This document shows positions 39,088 to 49,808 of a stretch of 64,000 nucleotides of DNA, in pieces. Within the stretch, counting starts at the first letter, position 1, and every line of letters starts with the position of its first letter. The translations under genes and the position numbers were made by a program. The notes under the pieces are model-generated. The model made no database searches. It saw only the letters and a list, made by a program, of their open reading frames with translations, and was not told where the DNA came from. The DNA comes from an uncultured candidate division Zixibacteria bacterium. Lineage in GTDB: Bacteria > Zixibacteria > MSB-5A5 > GN15 > FEB-12. The DNA lies in the NCBI GenBank assembly GCA_963664195.1, contig OY760907.1, positions 3,136,001 through 3,200,000 on the forward strand. The letters run 5' to 3'.

Positions 39088-39528
39088 ATGAAGAATGACA
39101 CAGTACATGATGAGTTTCTGCGGTCTGTAGCCAGATGCTGGTTGGCGTTCAAGGCAGCAGCTCGTCAGTATTTGAAGGAACAGGGATGGGATCTCACGTT
39201 TGAGCAGGCGGCGACGCTCTCTATGCTGCATAAGGAGGACGGGCAGAATCTGAAGACTATCTCCGAGATGACCGATCGAGATCGGACTACAACCACTAGA
39301 ATGATCGACGGTCTTGAGAAGAGGGACATGGTTGTGAGGGTTCCTGATCAGAACGACAATCGTCAGAAGAGAATTTACCTGACGCATAAGGGCCAGAAGT
39401 ACATGGAAGATCTGCAAGCTCGGACGAGCACGTTCATGGAGATGACCATGGGGCAGGAATCAGAGAAAGATTTGAGCTCTGTCGTGACGGTTTTGGAACG
39501 TGTGGCCGATCATCTGGAGAAGAAGTGA
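39088..39528 (+). CDS. MarR family transcriptional regulator
   Basis: LTFEQ, TTTRMIDGLEKR and D.NDNRQKRIYLT.KG. Confidence 0.93.
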   Translation: MKNDTVHDEFLRSVARCWLAFKAAARQYLKEQGWDLTFEQAATLSMLHKEDGQNLKTISEMTDRDRTTTTRMIDGLEKRDMVVRVPDQNDNRQKRIYLTHKGQKYMEDLQARTSTFMEMTMGQESEKDLSSVVTVLERVADHLEKK

Positions 39529-39672
39529 ATGTGTTTTTTTGCAGAAATAGGTGTATGTGCATATAGCGCACACATAAAGAGAGCTTGAAGAGTGTTTTTT
39601 TTAGTGGCTATATGTACCTACAACCAATGTAGCTGCACGATAATATGAAATACAACGCGGAGGATTAGAAAT

Positions 39673-40755
39673 ATGAGAAAAGTGGGTGCGATCTTGCTTG
39701 CAGCGGCTCTCGCCGTGGTGGTTGGTGCCGGGTGCAGCGACAGCGAGTCTGCCGCCAGAAGCATGGAGCAGATTTACGCCGAAGAGGGAGTTCCGGTCAA
39801 GGTGCACGAAGTAACTGCGGAACCCTTCTCAGTGACACTGGAATACAATGCGACTCTCACCGGAATCGAAGAGTCCTCGGAATATGCGATGATAGACGAT
39901 CGAGTCGAAGCGATAACGGTTTCGGTCGGTGATCTCGTTCAGAAAGACTCCGTTCTGGTCACCTTCCCGACCGACAATCCGTCGGCGCGGTACTATCAGG
40001 CGAAAACAGCCTACGAAAACGCCAGGGCCACTTATGCCCGGATGTCCGGCTACTACGAGACCGGAGGGCTATCACTGCAGGAATACCAGGATTGCCGTGC
40101 ACAATTCAGAGTCGCCGAGGCTGATTGGGAGGCCGCCAGTCAGTCGGTGAATGTGAAGGCGCCGATTTCAGGTGTGGTGACGAAACTCAATGTCCGCAAA
40201 TCGGACAATGTGAAGAAGGAGGCCGAGCTGTTGACCGTCTCGCGCACGGACAGCATGAAATGCCATATATGGGTTGCCGAGAAACAAATCAGTCAATTGC
40301 ACAGCGGACAGACAGCCACAGCTACCTGGAACGGCACTGTCCTGGCAGGATCAATTGATCAGGTCGATATGTCGGTCAACAGCGCGCGACAAGCCTTCGG
40401 CGTCATCATCAAATTTGCCAACCCTGAGTTGATTGTGCAGTGCGGAGTGACCGCTCGAGTGCAGGTGGCTACTTACGTCGCCGACAAAACAGTGTTCACC
40501 GAACGGAAGAACGTCTTCACCAAACAGGGCAAGAGCTTTGTCTACGTCGAGGAAGACGGCTTTGCGCAAAAACGTTTTGTGACCCTGGGCAGGACCAGTG
40601 GATTGGACGTGCAGATACTTCAGGGGCTTAACTCCGGCGACAGATTGATCGTCGAGGGGCAACTCCAGTTGGAAGACGGTAGAAAGGTTCGCAATATCGA
40701 AGAGGCGCCGTCGGAAACGACTGTGGCGCAGCTTACGCCCGAGGACCGGCAGTAA
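39673..40755 (+). CDS. RND efflux periplasmic adaptor lipoprotein
   Basis: Lipobox GAGC, V.VGD.V, APISGVV and GL..GD..IVEG. Confidence 0.92.
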   Translation: MRKVGAILLAAALAVVVGAGCSDSESAARSMEQIYAEEGVPVKVHEVTAEPFSVTLEYNATLTGIEESSEYAMIDDRVEAITVSVGDLVQKDSVLVTFPTDNPSARYYQAKTAYENARATYARMSGYYETGGLSLQEYQDCRAQFRVAEADWEAASQSVNVKAPISGVVTKLNVRKSDNVKKEAELLTVSRTDSMKCHIWVAEKQISQLHSGQTATATWNGTVLAGSIDQVDMSVNSARQAFGVIIKFANPELIVQCGVTARVQVATYVADKTVFTERKNVFTKQGKSFVYVEEDGFAQKRFVTLGRTSGLDVQILQGLNSGDRLIVEGQLQLEDGRKVRNIEEAPSETTVAQLTPEDRQ

Positions 40756-40786
40756 CCAGACGACAGCTTTGAGAGGTTAGCGTACG

Positions 40787-43700
40787 ATGTTTCTTTCAGA
40801 TTTATCGATAAAACGGCCCATTATGATGAGCATGTTTCTGATCGTGTTCATGCTCTTCGGGGGACTTGCGTTCTACTCAATGCCCCTTGATCTCATGCCG
40901 AGTGTTGACGTGCCGTACATCATGGTACAGACAGTATACGCAGGCGCCGGCCCAAAAGAAATAGAGACACAGATCACGAAGAAAATCGAGGATGCGATTT
41001 CCTCAGTCAGCAAGATCAAGAAGATTCAATCCTATTCCATGGAGGGGGTCTCTTTTGTCCAGATCGAGTTTGAGATGGACAAAGACGTTGATGTCGCCAA
41101 CCAGGAAATCAAGGACAAGATCGACCGGATCATCAATGAGCTTCCTGACGATGCCGACCAGCCGATTGTCGAAAAGCTCAACGTACAGGAATTTCCGATA
41201 GTGGAACTGGTGCTCTCAGGCGACCTGCCCACCACCGAGCTGTTTGACATTGCTGACAAGACACTGAAAGATCGATTCTCGCAGCTTGAGGGTGTGGCAC
41301 GGGCCGATATCACCGGTGGTCAGGAACGGGAAATCCAGGTTGTGCTGGACGACCGGGCTGTGTTTCAGAATCAGATATCTCTGGCACAACTCGCCCAGAC
41401 CCTGAGCGCTCAGAACGTGGATATGCCGGGGGGACACTTTGAACAGCGGAGCCAGGAATACACCGTACGTTTGACCGGCGAGTTTGATAGCCCTGAGGAT
41501 CTGTCGGAACTCGAAATACCGACTGCTTTCGGCACAAAACGCCTGAGCGATATTGCCGATGTTCGTGATGTCGGTGCAGAGGTTCGCGAACGATCGGCCT
41601 ATTTCAATAACGTCGACAAGATCGGACGACCGGACGCTATACTGCTCAGTATCGTCAAGAACTCTGAGGGTAACACTGTGGAGATCGCAGGAAAAGTGGC
41701 TGACGTGCTCCCGGAGATTGAAGCCACGCTGCCGGCCGGTTGTCAACTGGAAGTCGTCACGGACAAATCGACCTTCATCAAAAGTACGGTCAGCGACACG
41801 TTGACGAATATTCTTCTCGGAATCATCCTCACCGGTCTTGTACTCATGTTTTTCCTGCACGATCTACGATCCACGATCATTGTTGCGCTGGCGATGCCGA
41901 TGTCGATCATCTCCGCGTACATGCTCATGGGGTTCGCAGGCTTTACCCAAAACATCATGTCACTCATGGGACTGTCGACTGCTGTCGGCATACTGGTAAG
42001 TAACTCGGTCGTGGTGATCGAGAACATATTCCGGCAGAAGGCGGCTGGCAAGAGCCGACGTGATGCGGCGTCGATAGGAACCTCGCAAGTCGTTGTGGCG
42101 GTCCTCGCTTCGACTGCAACCAACATTGCGGTGTTTCTGCCAGTGGCTAATATGTCGTCAATGGTCGGCCAGTTCTTCAAGGAATTCGCGCTCACTGTTA
42201 CGTTTGCCACGCTGTTCTCGCTGTTGATTTCGTTTACGCTCACCCCCATGCTGGCATCGCTCATTCTGAAAGAGGACGAGAAGAAGCCGGGAAGGATAAG
42301 CTCGTGGATTGAATCGCTTACAAGAAGCACGGAAGAGTGTTACGGAAGACTTCTGCAAAGCGCGCTCCGCAGTAAGGGGCGCTCGTCTATTATCGTCGCT
42401 GCCGCCGTGGCATTGCTGATCTTCACGTTTGCGTTTGCCGGCAATGTCGGTTTCGAGTTCGCGCCGCTCATGGACGAGGGTGACATACGTATCGAAGTGG
42501 AGCTGCCCCTGGGGTACAATCTCGAAGAGACCGCCGCGACACTGGATGAGATAGAACGGCGCCTGAAAGACACTCCTGAGGTCAAGCACATCGTGACGCA
42601 GCTTGGCAAGATCAGTGACATGGACCAGGGAACCAATCTGGCCGTGCTGAATGTGAAGTTGATTGATGTTGGCAAGAGGGAGTTTGTCAGTGAAATCTAT
42701 GCCAACAACTTCATCGCCGACTTGTCGGATATTCCGAACGCAATGATCCGTGTGCGGGCAATCTCGTCAATGGGGCGAGGTGACGGCTCGCCGATCGAAT
42801 TTAATCTAAAGGGACAGGATCTCGACAGAATCGAAGAATACAAGGAACAAATCCTGGCCAGTATCAAAGATGTACCCGGGATAGTCAATCTCAATACATC
42901 GTCCCGTTCGGGCAAGCCGGAGATAAACATTGTCCCGGATCGAAAGAAGATAGCGGATGCCGGCCTGACGGCGTACGACATAGCAATGCAGCTCCGTGGA
43001 GCCATGACGGGGCTGGTGGCAACGCAATTTCGTGATCAGGGTGAGGAGTACGATATTCGGGTGCTTGTCGATGACGCCCTCCTGGACTCACCGGAGGAGG
43101 TAGCGAATCTCGCTATATCCGGCAAGGGTCACACCTTCACGTTGAATCAGCTTGCTGATGTCAGGTTCGCCGGGGGATTGAGCAAGATTTTGCATCTTGA
43201 CAAGTTCAAGTCTATCCAGTTCACCGCTTCGCCGGCCCCGGGGGTTCCTCTCGGCGACGTCATGAACGAAATTACCGCTCGACTGGACGGCATCGAATTC
43301 GCATCCGGCTACCGTGTTGACTGGGGTGGCGACGCAGAGATGATGAACGAAACTCTCATTGATATGGTAGGAACTCTCGCCCTGGCGATCGTGCTGACCT
43401 ATATGCTGCTCGCGGCGATTCTCGAAAACCTGACGCAGCCGTTGATGGTGTTGGGCACATTCCCCCTGGCCTTGATCGGGGTGATCGGAAGTATGATTTT
43501 GACCGGCGCGACGCTGAACATCATTGCGATGATGGCGGTTGTGATGCTGCTTGGCATTGTGGTGAACAACGCCATCCTCATTCTTGACCATGCCAACGTG
43601 CTCACTCGGGAGCAGGGGATGGACATTCGATCCGCGCTCCTTGAGGCGTGTCCCGCCAAGCTGAGACCGATTGTCATGTCCACGGCCGCTATCATTCTGG

Positions 43701-43888
43701 GTATGATGCCGATGGCGCTGGGCATCGGCGATGCCGGCTGGGAGATGCGGCAACCTATGGGCATCGTCACAATCGGTGGGTTGGTAGTCTCAACGCTGCT
43801 GACGCTGGTTGTGATCCCGGCCTTGCTGAATCTGCTCTCAAGCAAACGGAAGCGTGCAACCAATGACAATGTTTCTCATGAGGTCTAG
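40787..43888 (+). CDS. RND efflux permease (AcrB/SwrC-like)
   Basis: 1033 aa; SIKRP, VVIENI, GIVVNNAI and LRPIVMST. Confidence 0.95.
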   Translation: MFLSDLSIKRPIMMSMFLIVFMLFGGLAFYSMPLDLMPSVDVPYIMVQTVYAGAGPKEIETQITKKIEDAISSVSKIKKIQSYSMEGVSFVQIEFEMDKDVDVANQEIKDKIDRIINELPDDADQPIVEKLNVQEFPIVELVLSGDLPTTELFDIADKTLKDRFSQLEGVARADITGGQEREIQVVLDDRAVFQNQISLAQLAQTLSAQNVDMPGGHFEQRSQEYTVRLTGEFDSPEDLSELEIPTAFGTKRLSDIADVRDVGAEVRERSAYFNNVDKIGRPDAILLSIVKNSEGNTVEIAGKVADVLPEIEATLPAGCQLEVVTDKSTFIKSTVSDTLTNILLGIILTGLVLMFFLHDLRSTIIVALAMPMSIISAYMLMGFAGFTQNIMSLMGLSTAVGILVSNSVVVIENIFRQKAAGKSRRDAASIGTSQVVVAVLASTATNIAVFLPVANMSSMVGQFFKEFALTVTFATLFSLLISFTLTPMLASLILKEDEKKPGRISSWIESLTRSTEECYGRLLQSALRSKGRSSIIVAAAVALLIFTFAFAGNVGFEFAPLMDEGDIRIEVELPLGYNLEETAATLDEIERRLKDTPEVKHIVTQLGKISDMDQGTNLAVLNVKLIDVGKREFVSEIYANNFIADLSDIPNAMIRVRAISSMGRGDGSPIEFNLKGQDLDRIEEYKEQILASIKDVPGIVNLNTSSRSGKPEINIVPDRKKIADAGLTAYDIAMQLRGAMTGLVATQFRDQGEEYDIRVLVDDALLDSPEEVANLAISGKGHTFTLNQLADVRFAGGLSKILHLDKFKSIQFTASPAPGVPLGDVMNEITARLDGIEFASGYRVDWGGDAEMMNETLIDMVGTLALAIVLTYMLLAAILENLTQPLMVLGTFPLALIGVIGSMILTGATLNIIAMMAVVMLLGIVVNNAILILDHANVLTREQGMDIRSALLEACPAKLRPIVMSTAAIILGMMPMALGIGDAGWEMRQPMGIVTIGGLVVSTLLTLVVIPALLNLLSSKRKRATNDNVSHEV

Positions 43889-43892
43889 GAAA

Positions 43893-45218
43893 ATGACTAA
43901 GAGAATACCACTCTATATATTTCTGATAGTCTTGCTGGTGTGCAGTGGCATGGCGGTGCCCGCACAGGCCTCGGAGTGCACCGTCGACCAGTTTCTCGAT
44001 CTGGTCGAGCAGCATTCCAAGGACATCCAACTGGCCCGAGAAGAGGTGGAAGCGGCCAAGGCTGAAAAACGCGAGGCAACCTCACTGGCGTTACCGCATG
44101 TGAACGCATCGGCGGGGTACACACGAAACCTGAAAGACACCTACATGTATATGGACATGTCCGCAATGGGCGGCGAAGGCATTGAGAGGCTCCCCATGTC
44201 CAAGAACAACAATTACTCCTTCGGGATTGCGGCCCGACAAACTGTTTTCAGCGGTCAGGTATTCAACGCCATCAAGGCGGCGGGTCAGTATCAGAAGTTG
44301 ACAGACGAATCGTACGAGTCTGCCCACCAGCAGATCATCACGCTGGCAAAGCAGGGCTTCTATCAGGGCCTCTTGCTGAAAATAGTATGGGATGTCGCTC
44401 GCGATGCCGAGCAAAACGCGCTGGAGAACTTCGAGAACGCACAGCATGCATTCGACAACGGGTTAATCTCAGAGTTTGAATTGCTCCAGGCTGAAGTCCG
44501 GTATCGTGACGCCATCCCGCAGACCACACAGGCCCAGCGCAACTCTGAAGTTGCCCTGGTTAATCTCAAGAACCTCGCCGGCATTCCCATTGATAGTGAG
44601 TTCGATCTGGTCGGGGATCTCGAAACGGTTCTGCCGTTGCCGGGAGACATCGACCGGAATACGGTGCTCACGAAACGACCTGACTTTCAGGCACTGGCAT
44701 GGGAAGAGAAACTTCGGGGGACAGGTGTCCGTGCGGAACAGTCGGCGTACTGGCCGTCGGTGGACGGGGTACTTGCCTACAACTACTCGGCGGCATCTGA
44801 TGAGTGGAGTCTCGACGAAGAGAACAACAGTGTTACTGTAGGTTTGCAGTTGTCAATCCCCATTTTCCAGGGCGGAGAAACGCGGGCGAAGGTTCGCAAG
44901 GCACGCGTGGAGCTGGAGAAGACCCGACTGCGCCGGGAAAAAGCAGAGTTGGATATTGCCAGAGAGTTACGCAACGGACGGTTGCATCTCGACGAGGCAT
45001 ATCGACGTATCTCCGCGGCCAGGTCCGCACAGACTGCCGCAGAGAAGGCATTCTCTATTGCTGAAGCTACCGTGCAGTCCGGTCTGATAACACAGCTACA
45101 ATTGAAGGACAGCCGCGTGGCGCTGGATCATGCAACCGTCGGGTACTATTCGGCGGTGTATGAGTATCTTGTTGCCCATTTCGAATGGCAGCGCATAACG
45201 GGAACGGTCGAGCCATAG
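43893..45218 (+). CDS. TolC family outer-membrane efflux protein
   Basis: Signal peptide, two OEP repeats and LSIPIFQGG. Confidence 0.92.
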   Translation: MTKRIPLYIFLIVLLVCSGMAVPAQASECTVDQFLDLVEQHSKDIQLAREEVEAAKAEKREATSLALPHVNASAGYTRNLKDTYMYMDMSAMGGEGIERLPMSKNNNYSFGIAARQTVFSGQVFNAIKAAGQYQKLTDESYESAHQQIITLAKQGFYQGLLLKIVWDVARDAEQNALENFENAQHAFDNGLISEFELLQAEVRYRDAIPQTTQAQRNSEVALVNLKNLAGIPIDSEFDLVGDLETVLPLPGDIDRNTVLTKRPDFQALAWEEKLRGTGVRAEQSAYWPSVDGVLAYNYSAASDEWSLDEENNSVTVGLQLSIPIFQGGETRAKVRKARVELEKTRLRREKAELDIARELRNGRLHLDEAYRRISAARSAQTAAEKAFSIAEATVQSGLITQLQLKDSRVALDHATVGYYSAVYEYLVAHFEWQRITGTVEP

Positions 45219-45351
45219 GGGACAGCTCGCGAGGAAGTTGCTCGCCAGTGCCGTGAAGAGATAAGTTTTTGGAGTCCCCTCCCGCACCCCTTCTGAAGGC
45301 GCCCACCCCGGCCCCAGGGGGGGAATCGAGACGGGGAGAGCACACGCGAAA

Positions 45352-45969
45352 GTGAGAGAACATATGAAATCATTTGGAGGAGACAGAGACACGAGGGAAA
45401 TCATCCTCCGGGAGGCCTCCCACGAGATTATGCTGAAGGGCCACCAGGCCGCCAATATCAATCTGATAGCCGAACGTACCGGCCTCACCAAAGGAGCACT
45501 GTACCACTACTTTAACGGCAAACGTGAGCTGAGCCTGTCGGTGTATGACGAAGTCTTCTGTGCCGAGGCCAATACGCAGTGGATCGAGCCTCTTCGATGC
45601 TGTGAAAACGTAATAGAATGCCTTGAGGGCATTCTGGGCGGGTTTGGCAAGATCATGAACAGTAGCAAGCGGTGGCTCGGATCGCCGCTCCTTAATGTGT
45701 CTATGGAGATGGCTCCCCTCGACGATGAATTCAAGAAGCGTTCCCGACGAATTCAGAGGCGAAGCCGCGAGGCACTGCTCAAGGCTATTCGCCGCAGTAT
45801 GAAAGCGGGTCACATCAGCGCCGATATCGACCCGGTCAGGGAGGCGGAAGACATATTGATGCTCTTGATGAGTGGCATCTCACTCTCTCGTGCGCAACAG
45901 AGTCGTCAGCCCTACAGAATGGCTGTGGAGTCGGTTATATCGCGGTTGGAGGAACTCAGAGCCAACTAG
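45352..45969 (+). CDS. TetR family regulator (start GTG 45352 or ATG 45364)
   Basis: HTH IAERTGLTKGALYHYF.GK. Confidence 0.9.
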   Translation: MREHMKSFGGDRDTREIILREASHEIMLKGHQAANINLIAERTGLTKGALYHYFNGKRELSLSVYDEVFCAEANTQWIEPLRCCENVIECLEGILGGFGKIMNSSKRWLGSPLLNVSMEMAPLDDEFKKRSRRIQRRSREALLKAIRRSMKAGHISADIDPVREAEDILMLLMSGISLSRAQQSRQPYRMAVESVISRLEELRAN

Positions 45970-46047
45970 ATGGGCCGACTTTGCACCAGGCAGGAGGGGA
46001 AGTCACTCTTAACGGACTTCTCTTGCTTTCTTTGTCTGTCACGGTCT

Positions 46048-47073
46048 CTAGCCTGGAGTGTGTCGGAGACGAGGTCCCTGTCCTGTACCGGGATGTCTGC
46101 CGGTCGCACGTATTGCTTCCACTGCGCGATTGGTGTGGTCCTCGTCGCCCGCAGAATTCGGAGAGGGATATATGTCGTACATCTCTCGGTAAGGTGCAGG
46201 AGTCAGCCTTGGCATTATCACATTAGCGCCTGAGCGGAGACCGGCGGTATATCCCTGATCAGATACAGTAGCAAGGGCGGTGGAGGCGGGGATGTTGGCT
46301 TCGGGACACAGTATTCGGGCGAGAGCAAGGACCTTACAGGTCATTTCCGGGGAATTCGGGACGTGCCCGGAATCCAGACCCAGCTTTCGGTACTCTCGGT
46401 CAAGGGGCGTGTCCGGATTGGGTATGTATGGTCCCAGTCCAATCATGTCCAAATCAAGTTCCGCAAACAACCGAATGTCATTGGCCAGACTCTCGAATGA
46501 CTGCCCCGGAATACCTACCATAACGCCGCTGCCGATTTCATAGCCTATCTCGCGAAGTGTGGGGAGTATATCGAGACGATGCAGATCGAGTCCGGGATGA
46601 ATACGGCTGTACAACTCACGGTCTGATGTCTCAAAACGCAGCAAGACGCGATCTGCTCCTGCTTCGTGCCAAATGCGGTAATTTTCGTAACTCCGTTCTC
46701 CGACACTCAGTGTGACAGCCAGAGGGGTTTCGCCTTTGATAGTGCGTATTGTTTCGGCCAGCCAATCAACGGTGCTGTCCTCGCATTCACCTGATTGCAG
46801 GACAACCGTACCGTAGCTCCGACGAGTCGCCTCGCGGGCACACTCGGATACCTCGTCCGTGGTCATTTGATAACGTGGTGGACGTTGATTGGCCGCTCTC
46901 AGACCGCAGTAGAGGCAGTTTCGGGAGCAGCGGTTGCTGAATTCTATAAGACCGCGAAGATGCACGGCGTCGCCGACGACCTTGCGACGAACAGCATTCG
47001 CGCGTGCGCACAGTTCCTCAAGACATGCCGGATCGTTGTCACGAAGCAGTGTGAGAATCTGTTCCGCATTCAT
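46048..47073 (-). CDS. hydE: [FeFe]-hydrogenase maturase HydE (radical SAM)
   Basis: RGLIEFSN.C...C.YC, LRFET, GANVIMP and Y..YP; adjacent to hydF and hydG. Confidence 0.9.
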   Translation of the reverse strand: MNAEQILTLLRDNDPACLEELCARANAVRRKVVGDAVHLRGLIEFSNRCSRNCLYCGLRAANQRPPRYQMTTDEVSECAREATRRSYGTVVLQSGECEDSTVDWLAETIRTIKGETPLAVTLSVGERSYENYRIWHEAGADRVLLRFETSDRELYSRIHPGLDLHRLDILPTLREIGYEIGSGVMVGIPGQSFESLANDIRLFAELDLDMIGLGPYIPNPDTPLDREYRKLGLDSGHVPNSPEMTCKVLALARILCPEANIPASTALATVSDQGYTAGLRSGANVIMPRLTPAPYREMYDIYPSPNSAGDEDHTNRAVEAIRATGRHPGTGQGPRLRHTPG

Positions 47074-48304
47074 TTGTTGTCTCTGTTGTGTAGGCTCTGG
47101 CGGCCTCGGGGAAAAGTCCGAGGGCGCGTTCAAGAATGCCAAAACAATGGGCAATAGTCATGCCGTAGTTCGTGACAGGTACGCTGGCGTTTAGACATCG
47201 TTGAATCCGGGTGAGAACCTCACGGCGATTAGCCGTACACGCACCGCAGTGGATCACCAATCGATAGGGGGAGAGGTCGTCGGGAAAATCATGCCCGCGC
47301 ACGTGGTCGAATACGAGTTCCCCGCCCACACGCTTCCTGAGCCAACGGGGGATTTTGATGCGCCCGATGTCATCTTCAATAGGGTGATGAGTGCAATGCT
47401 CGGCGATCAACACGCGATCACTCGGCACGAGATGGTCTATGGCCGCAGCGCCGGCGGCCTGTGTAACGAGGTCTCCTTTCAGACGAGAGAAGAGGATCGA
47501 GAAACTTGTGAGCGGAATGGCCTCTGGTGTCACTTCTGCCACGTGTGCGAATGCCTGTGAATCGGTCACAACCGCCTGAGGTGGCTTCTTGAGCGAGTTC
47601 AGAGCAGCAGTAAGCTCCGTGTCCCTGACCACAAGGCATTGTGCACCGCGGTCGAGCAAATCCCTGATAGTCTGCACCTGCGGCAGAATCAGGCGACCTC
47701 TTGGTGCCTCTTTGTCGATTGGGGCGACCAGAACAACCATCTCACCGGGGCCGATGAGATCGGATATGATCGGGCGACCGGTTAAAAAGCTATCAGGGAC
47801 GCAGTCGATCAAAGCCTGTCGGAGATCATCAAGTCCGGTTCCATGAACAGCCGAGGTCCGCACAACCAATTGACCAGCATCGATTAAACCGTCCACGTAG
47901 GAACATGACGTTGCTTCCTGGTCCCATTTGTTGATAACAACGATCGCCGGTATCTCGCGCAGCGCGAGCCTGTCCAGAAGATTGTTTTCATACTCCGTCC
48001 ATTCGTCCGGAGTGCTTACGACCAGACAGACGTCGATCCGGCCAAGGACTTTTTGAGTGCGTTCGACTCGAAGATCACCAACGTCGCCGACATCATCCAA
48101 CCCTGCCGTGTCGATAAACAGTACCGGCCCGATGGGCAGCAGTTCCATGGCTTTTTCGACCGGATCGGTTGTTGTTCCCGCAACGTCAGAAACGATTGAG
48201 ACCTCGCGTCCGGTGATTGCATTGAGCAGGCTTGATTTGCCGACATTGCGACGTCCGAAGATTCCAATGTGCAGGCGCATTCCCCTGGGAGTTGCCAGTG
48301 TCAT
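47039..48304 (-). CDS. hydF: [FeFe]-hydrogenase maturation GTPase HydF
   Basis: GRRNVGKS, GTTTDPV, DTAG, NKWD, GRLILPQ and CTHH...HCGAC. Confidence 0.95.
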   Translation of the reverse strand: MTLATPRGMRLHIGIFGRRNVGKSSLLNAITGREVSIVSDVAGTTTDPVEKAMELLPIGPVLFIDTAGLDDVGDVGDLRVERTQKVLGRIDVCLVVSTPDEWTEYENNLLDRLALREIPAIVVINKWDQEATSCSYVDGLIDAGQLVVRTSAVHGTGLDDLRQALIDCVPDSFLTGRPIISDLIGPGEMVVLVAPIDKEAPRGRLILPQVQTIRDLLDRGAQCLVVRDTELTAALNSLKKPPQAVVTDSQAFAHVAEVTPEAIPLTSFSILFSRLKGDLVTQAAGAAAIDHLVPSDRVLIAEHCTHHPIEDDIGRIKIPRWLRKRVGGELVFDHVRGHDFPDDLSPYRLVIHCGACTANRREVLTRIQRCLNASVPVTNYGMTIAHCFGILERALGLFPEAARAYTTETTNECGTDSHTAS

Positions 48305-48326
48305 ATTAGAGTCCAAGCCAGCGAGA

Positions 48327-49784
48327 TCAGAACCTGATGTCTCGCTGTCCTTTCTCGATATCCTTGAGTTTCGCTCGGACCTTCTCACGCATTTTGTCAG
48401 GTAGCCCGTCGACCTTCTGCATGATCAAGTTGTCGCCGGAAGCCTGCGTTTCAGCAGAGGCGTAGTCAATCAAGTACTCCTTCATCGTGAATATGGCGTT
48501 GGGGATGCAGAATTCGTGGACTTTCCCACTCTTTGCCATATTCATGAAACACTCACCGGTACGTCCGCAGCGGTATCCCGCCGTGCAGAACGAGGTGAGA
48601 AACCCCATTTCAGCAAACTCGCGAGTGACCTCGTCGAGACCTCTGGTGTCGCCGAGATGGAATTGCTGGCGGTTCTCCTGTTGCTCGTACGCCTGATCGC
48701 TGTAAGAGGCAAGCCCAATTCGAGAAGACGCATCGGTCTGCGTGCAGCCGAGGTTCATTGCCGCCCGACGGATATGGGCAGGTTCTCGGGCAGTAACAAT
48801 CATGCCGGTATAAGGCACCGAGAGACGAATCACCGTGATCAGTTTCTTGAAATCGTCATCGTTGACTCGATACGGATTGTCCTCGTTTGTCAGCGGAGCG
48901 CTGGCCGCAGGTTGCAGCCGGGGGAATGAGATCGTGTGCGGTCCGACACCATTAAACCTCTTTTCCAGATCGATGGCATGGTAGAGCAAACCGAGGACTT
49001 CAAAGCGCCAGTCGTACAGTCCGAAAAGCGCGCCAATGGCGACGTCATCGACGCCCGCCTCCTGTGCGCGGTGAAGGGCATACAGACGCCAGTTGTAATC
49101 AGACTTGGGACCGCGGGGGTGCACGCGAGCGTAAGTATCGTGATGGTAGGTTTCCTGAAAAACCTGATAAGTGCCAATGCCGACTTCGCCAAGCGTTTTC
49201 ATTCCGGCAATTGTCTGTGGAGCTGCATTGAGGTTTGCCCGGCGGATTTCACCTTTGTCGACCTTCACGTCATAAACCGTGCGCACCGCTCGGGCCATGT
49301 AGTCCACTCCCGTGGAAGGATGTTCCCCGAACGCCAATACCAGACGTTTGTGTCCGTTGGCAACCAGGGCCTCTGTCTCACGCCTGATTTCCTCTTCGGA
49401 CAGCACCCGTCGCACCATCTCTTTGTCCTCGCGACGGAATCCGCAGTACAGGCAGGAGTTTACGCAGAGATTGCTGCAGTACAAGGGGGCAAAGGTGACA
49501 ATGCGGGGGCCGTAAACCCGGTTCTTTACCTCGGCCGCTGCGGCGAACATTTCGCCCCAAAGCGCGTCGTCCGTGACGTGCAGGAGAGCGGCCGTTTCAG
49601 CAGGGTCGAGCCTTGCCAACGAGAGCGATTTCGCGATAATGTCCCGCACATGTGCCGTTTCAGGTCCTGAGTGAGCCTTAAGAAGGCGCTCGATCGCCTC
49701 GTCGTCGATGAAGCTCTTGCCGCTGTCAAGATATCTGTCTCTCTCGTCATGGAGTGTTTTTGATGTCGACTGTGAATTGTCCAT
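48327..49784 (-). CDS. hydG: [FeFe]-hydrogenase maturase HydG (radical SAM)
   Basis: APLY.SN.C.N.C.YC, FQETY and PHTISFPR; auxiliary cluster motif of the CX5CX19C type (CTAGYRC...FC). Confidence 0.95.
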   Translation of the reverse strand: MDNSQSTSKTLHDERDRYLDSGKSFIDDEAIERLLKAHSGPETAHVRDIIAKSLSLARLDPAETAALLHVTDDALWGEMFAAAAEVKNRVYGPRIVTFAPLYCSNLCVNSCLYCGFRREDKEMVRRVLSEEEIRRETEALVANGHKRLVLAFGEHPSTGVDYMARAVRTVYDVKVDKGEIRRANLNAAPQTIAGMKTLGEVGIGTYQVFQETYHHDTYARVHPRGPKSDYNWRLYALHRAQEAGVDDVAIGALFGLYDWRFEVLGLLYHAIDLEKRFNGVGPHTISFPRLQPAASAPLTNEDNPYRVNDDDFKKLITVIRLSVPYTGMIVTAREPAHIRRAAMNLGCTQTDASSRIGLASYSDQAYEQQENRQQFHLGDTRGLDEVTREFAEMGFLTSFCTAGYRCGRTGECFMNMAKSGKVHEFCIPNAIFTMKEYLIDYASAETQASGDNLIMQKVDGLPDKMREKVRAKLKDIEKGQRDIRF

Positions 49785-49808
49785 AGCGCCCGCCTTTGTC
49801 TGTTATTC

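Noticed and set aside
45270..45340. C-rich/G-rich intergenic stretch before tetR as a structured RNA
   Set aside because: Pairing is possible but no recognisable riboswitch or terminator features are present.
48500..48590. HydG lacking the canonical CX2CX22C motif, suggesting inactivity
   Set aside because: It has the alternative CX5CX19C motif known from functional HydG proteins.
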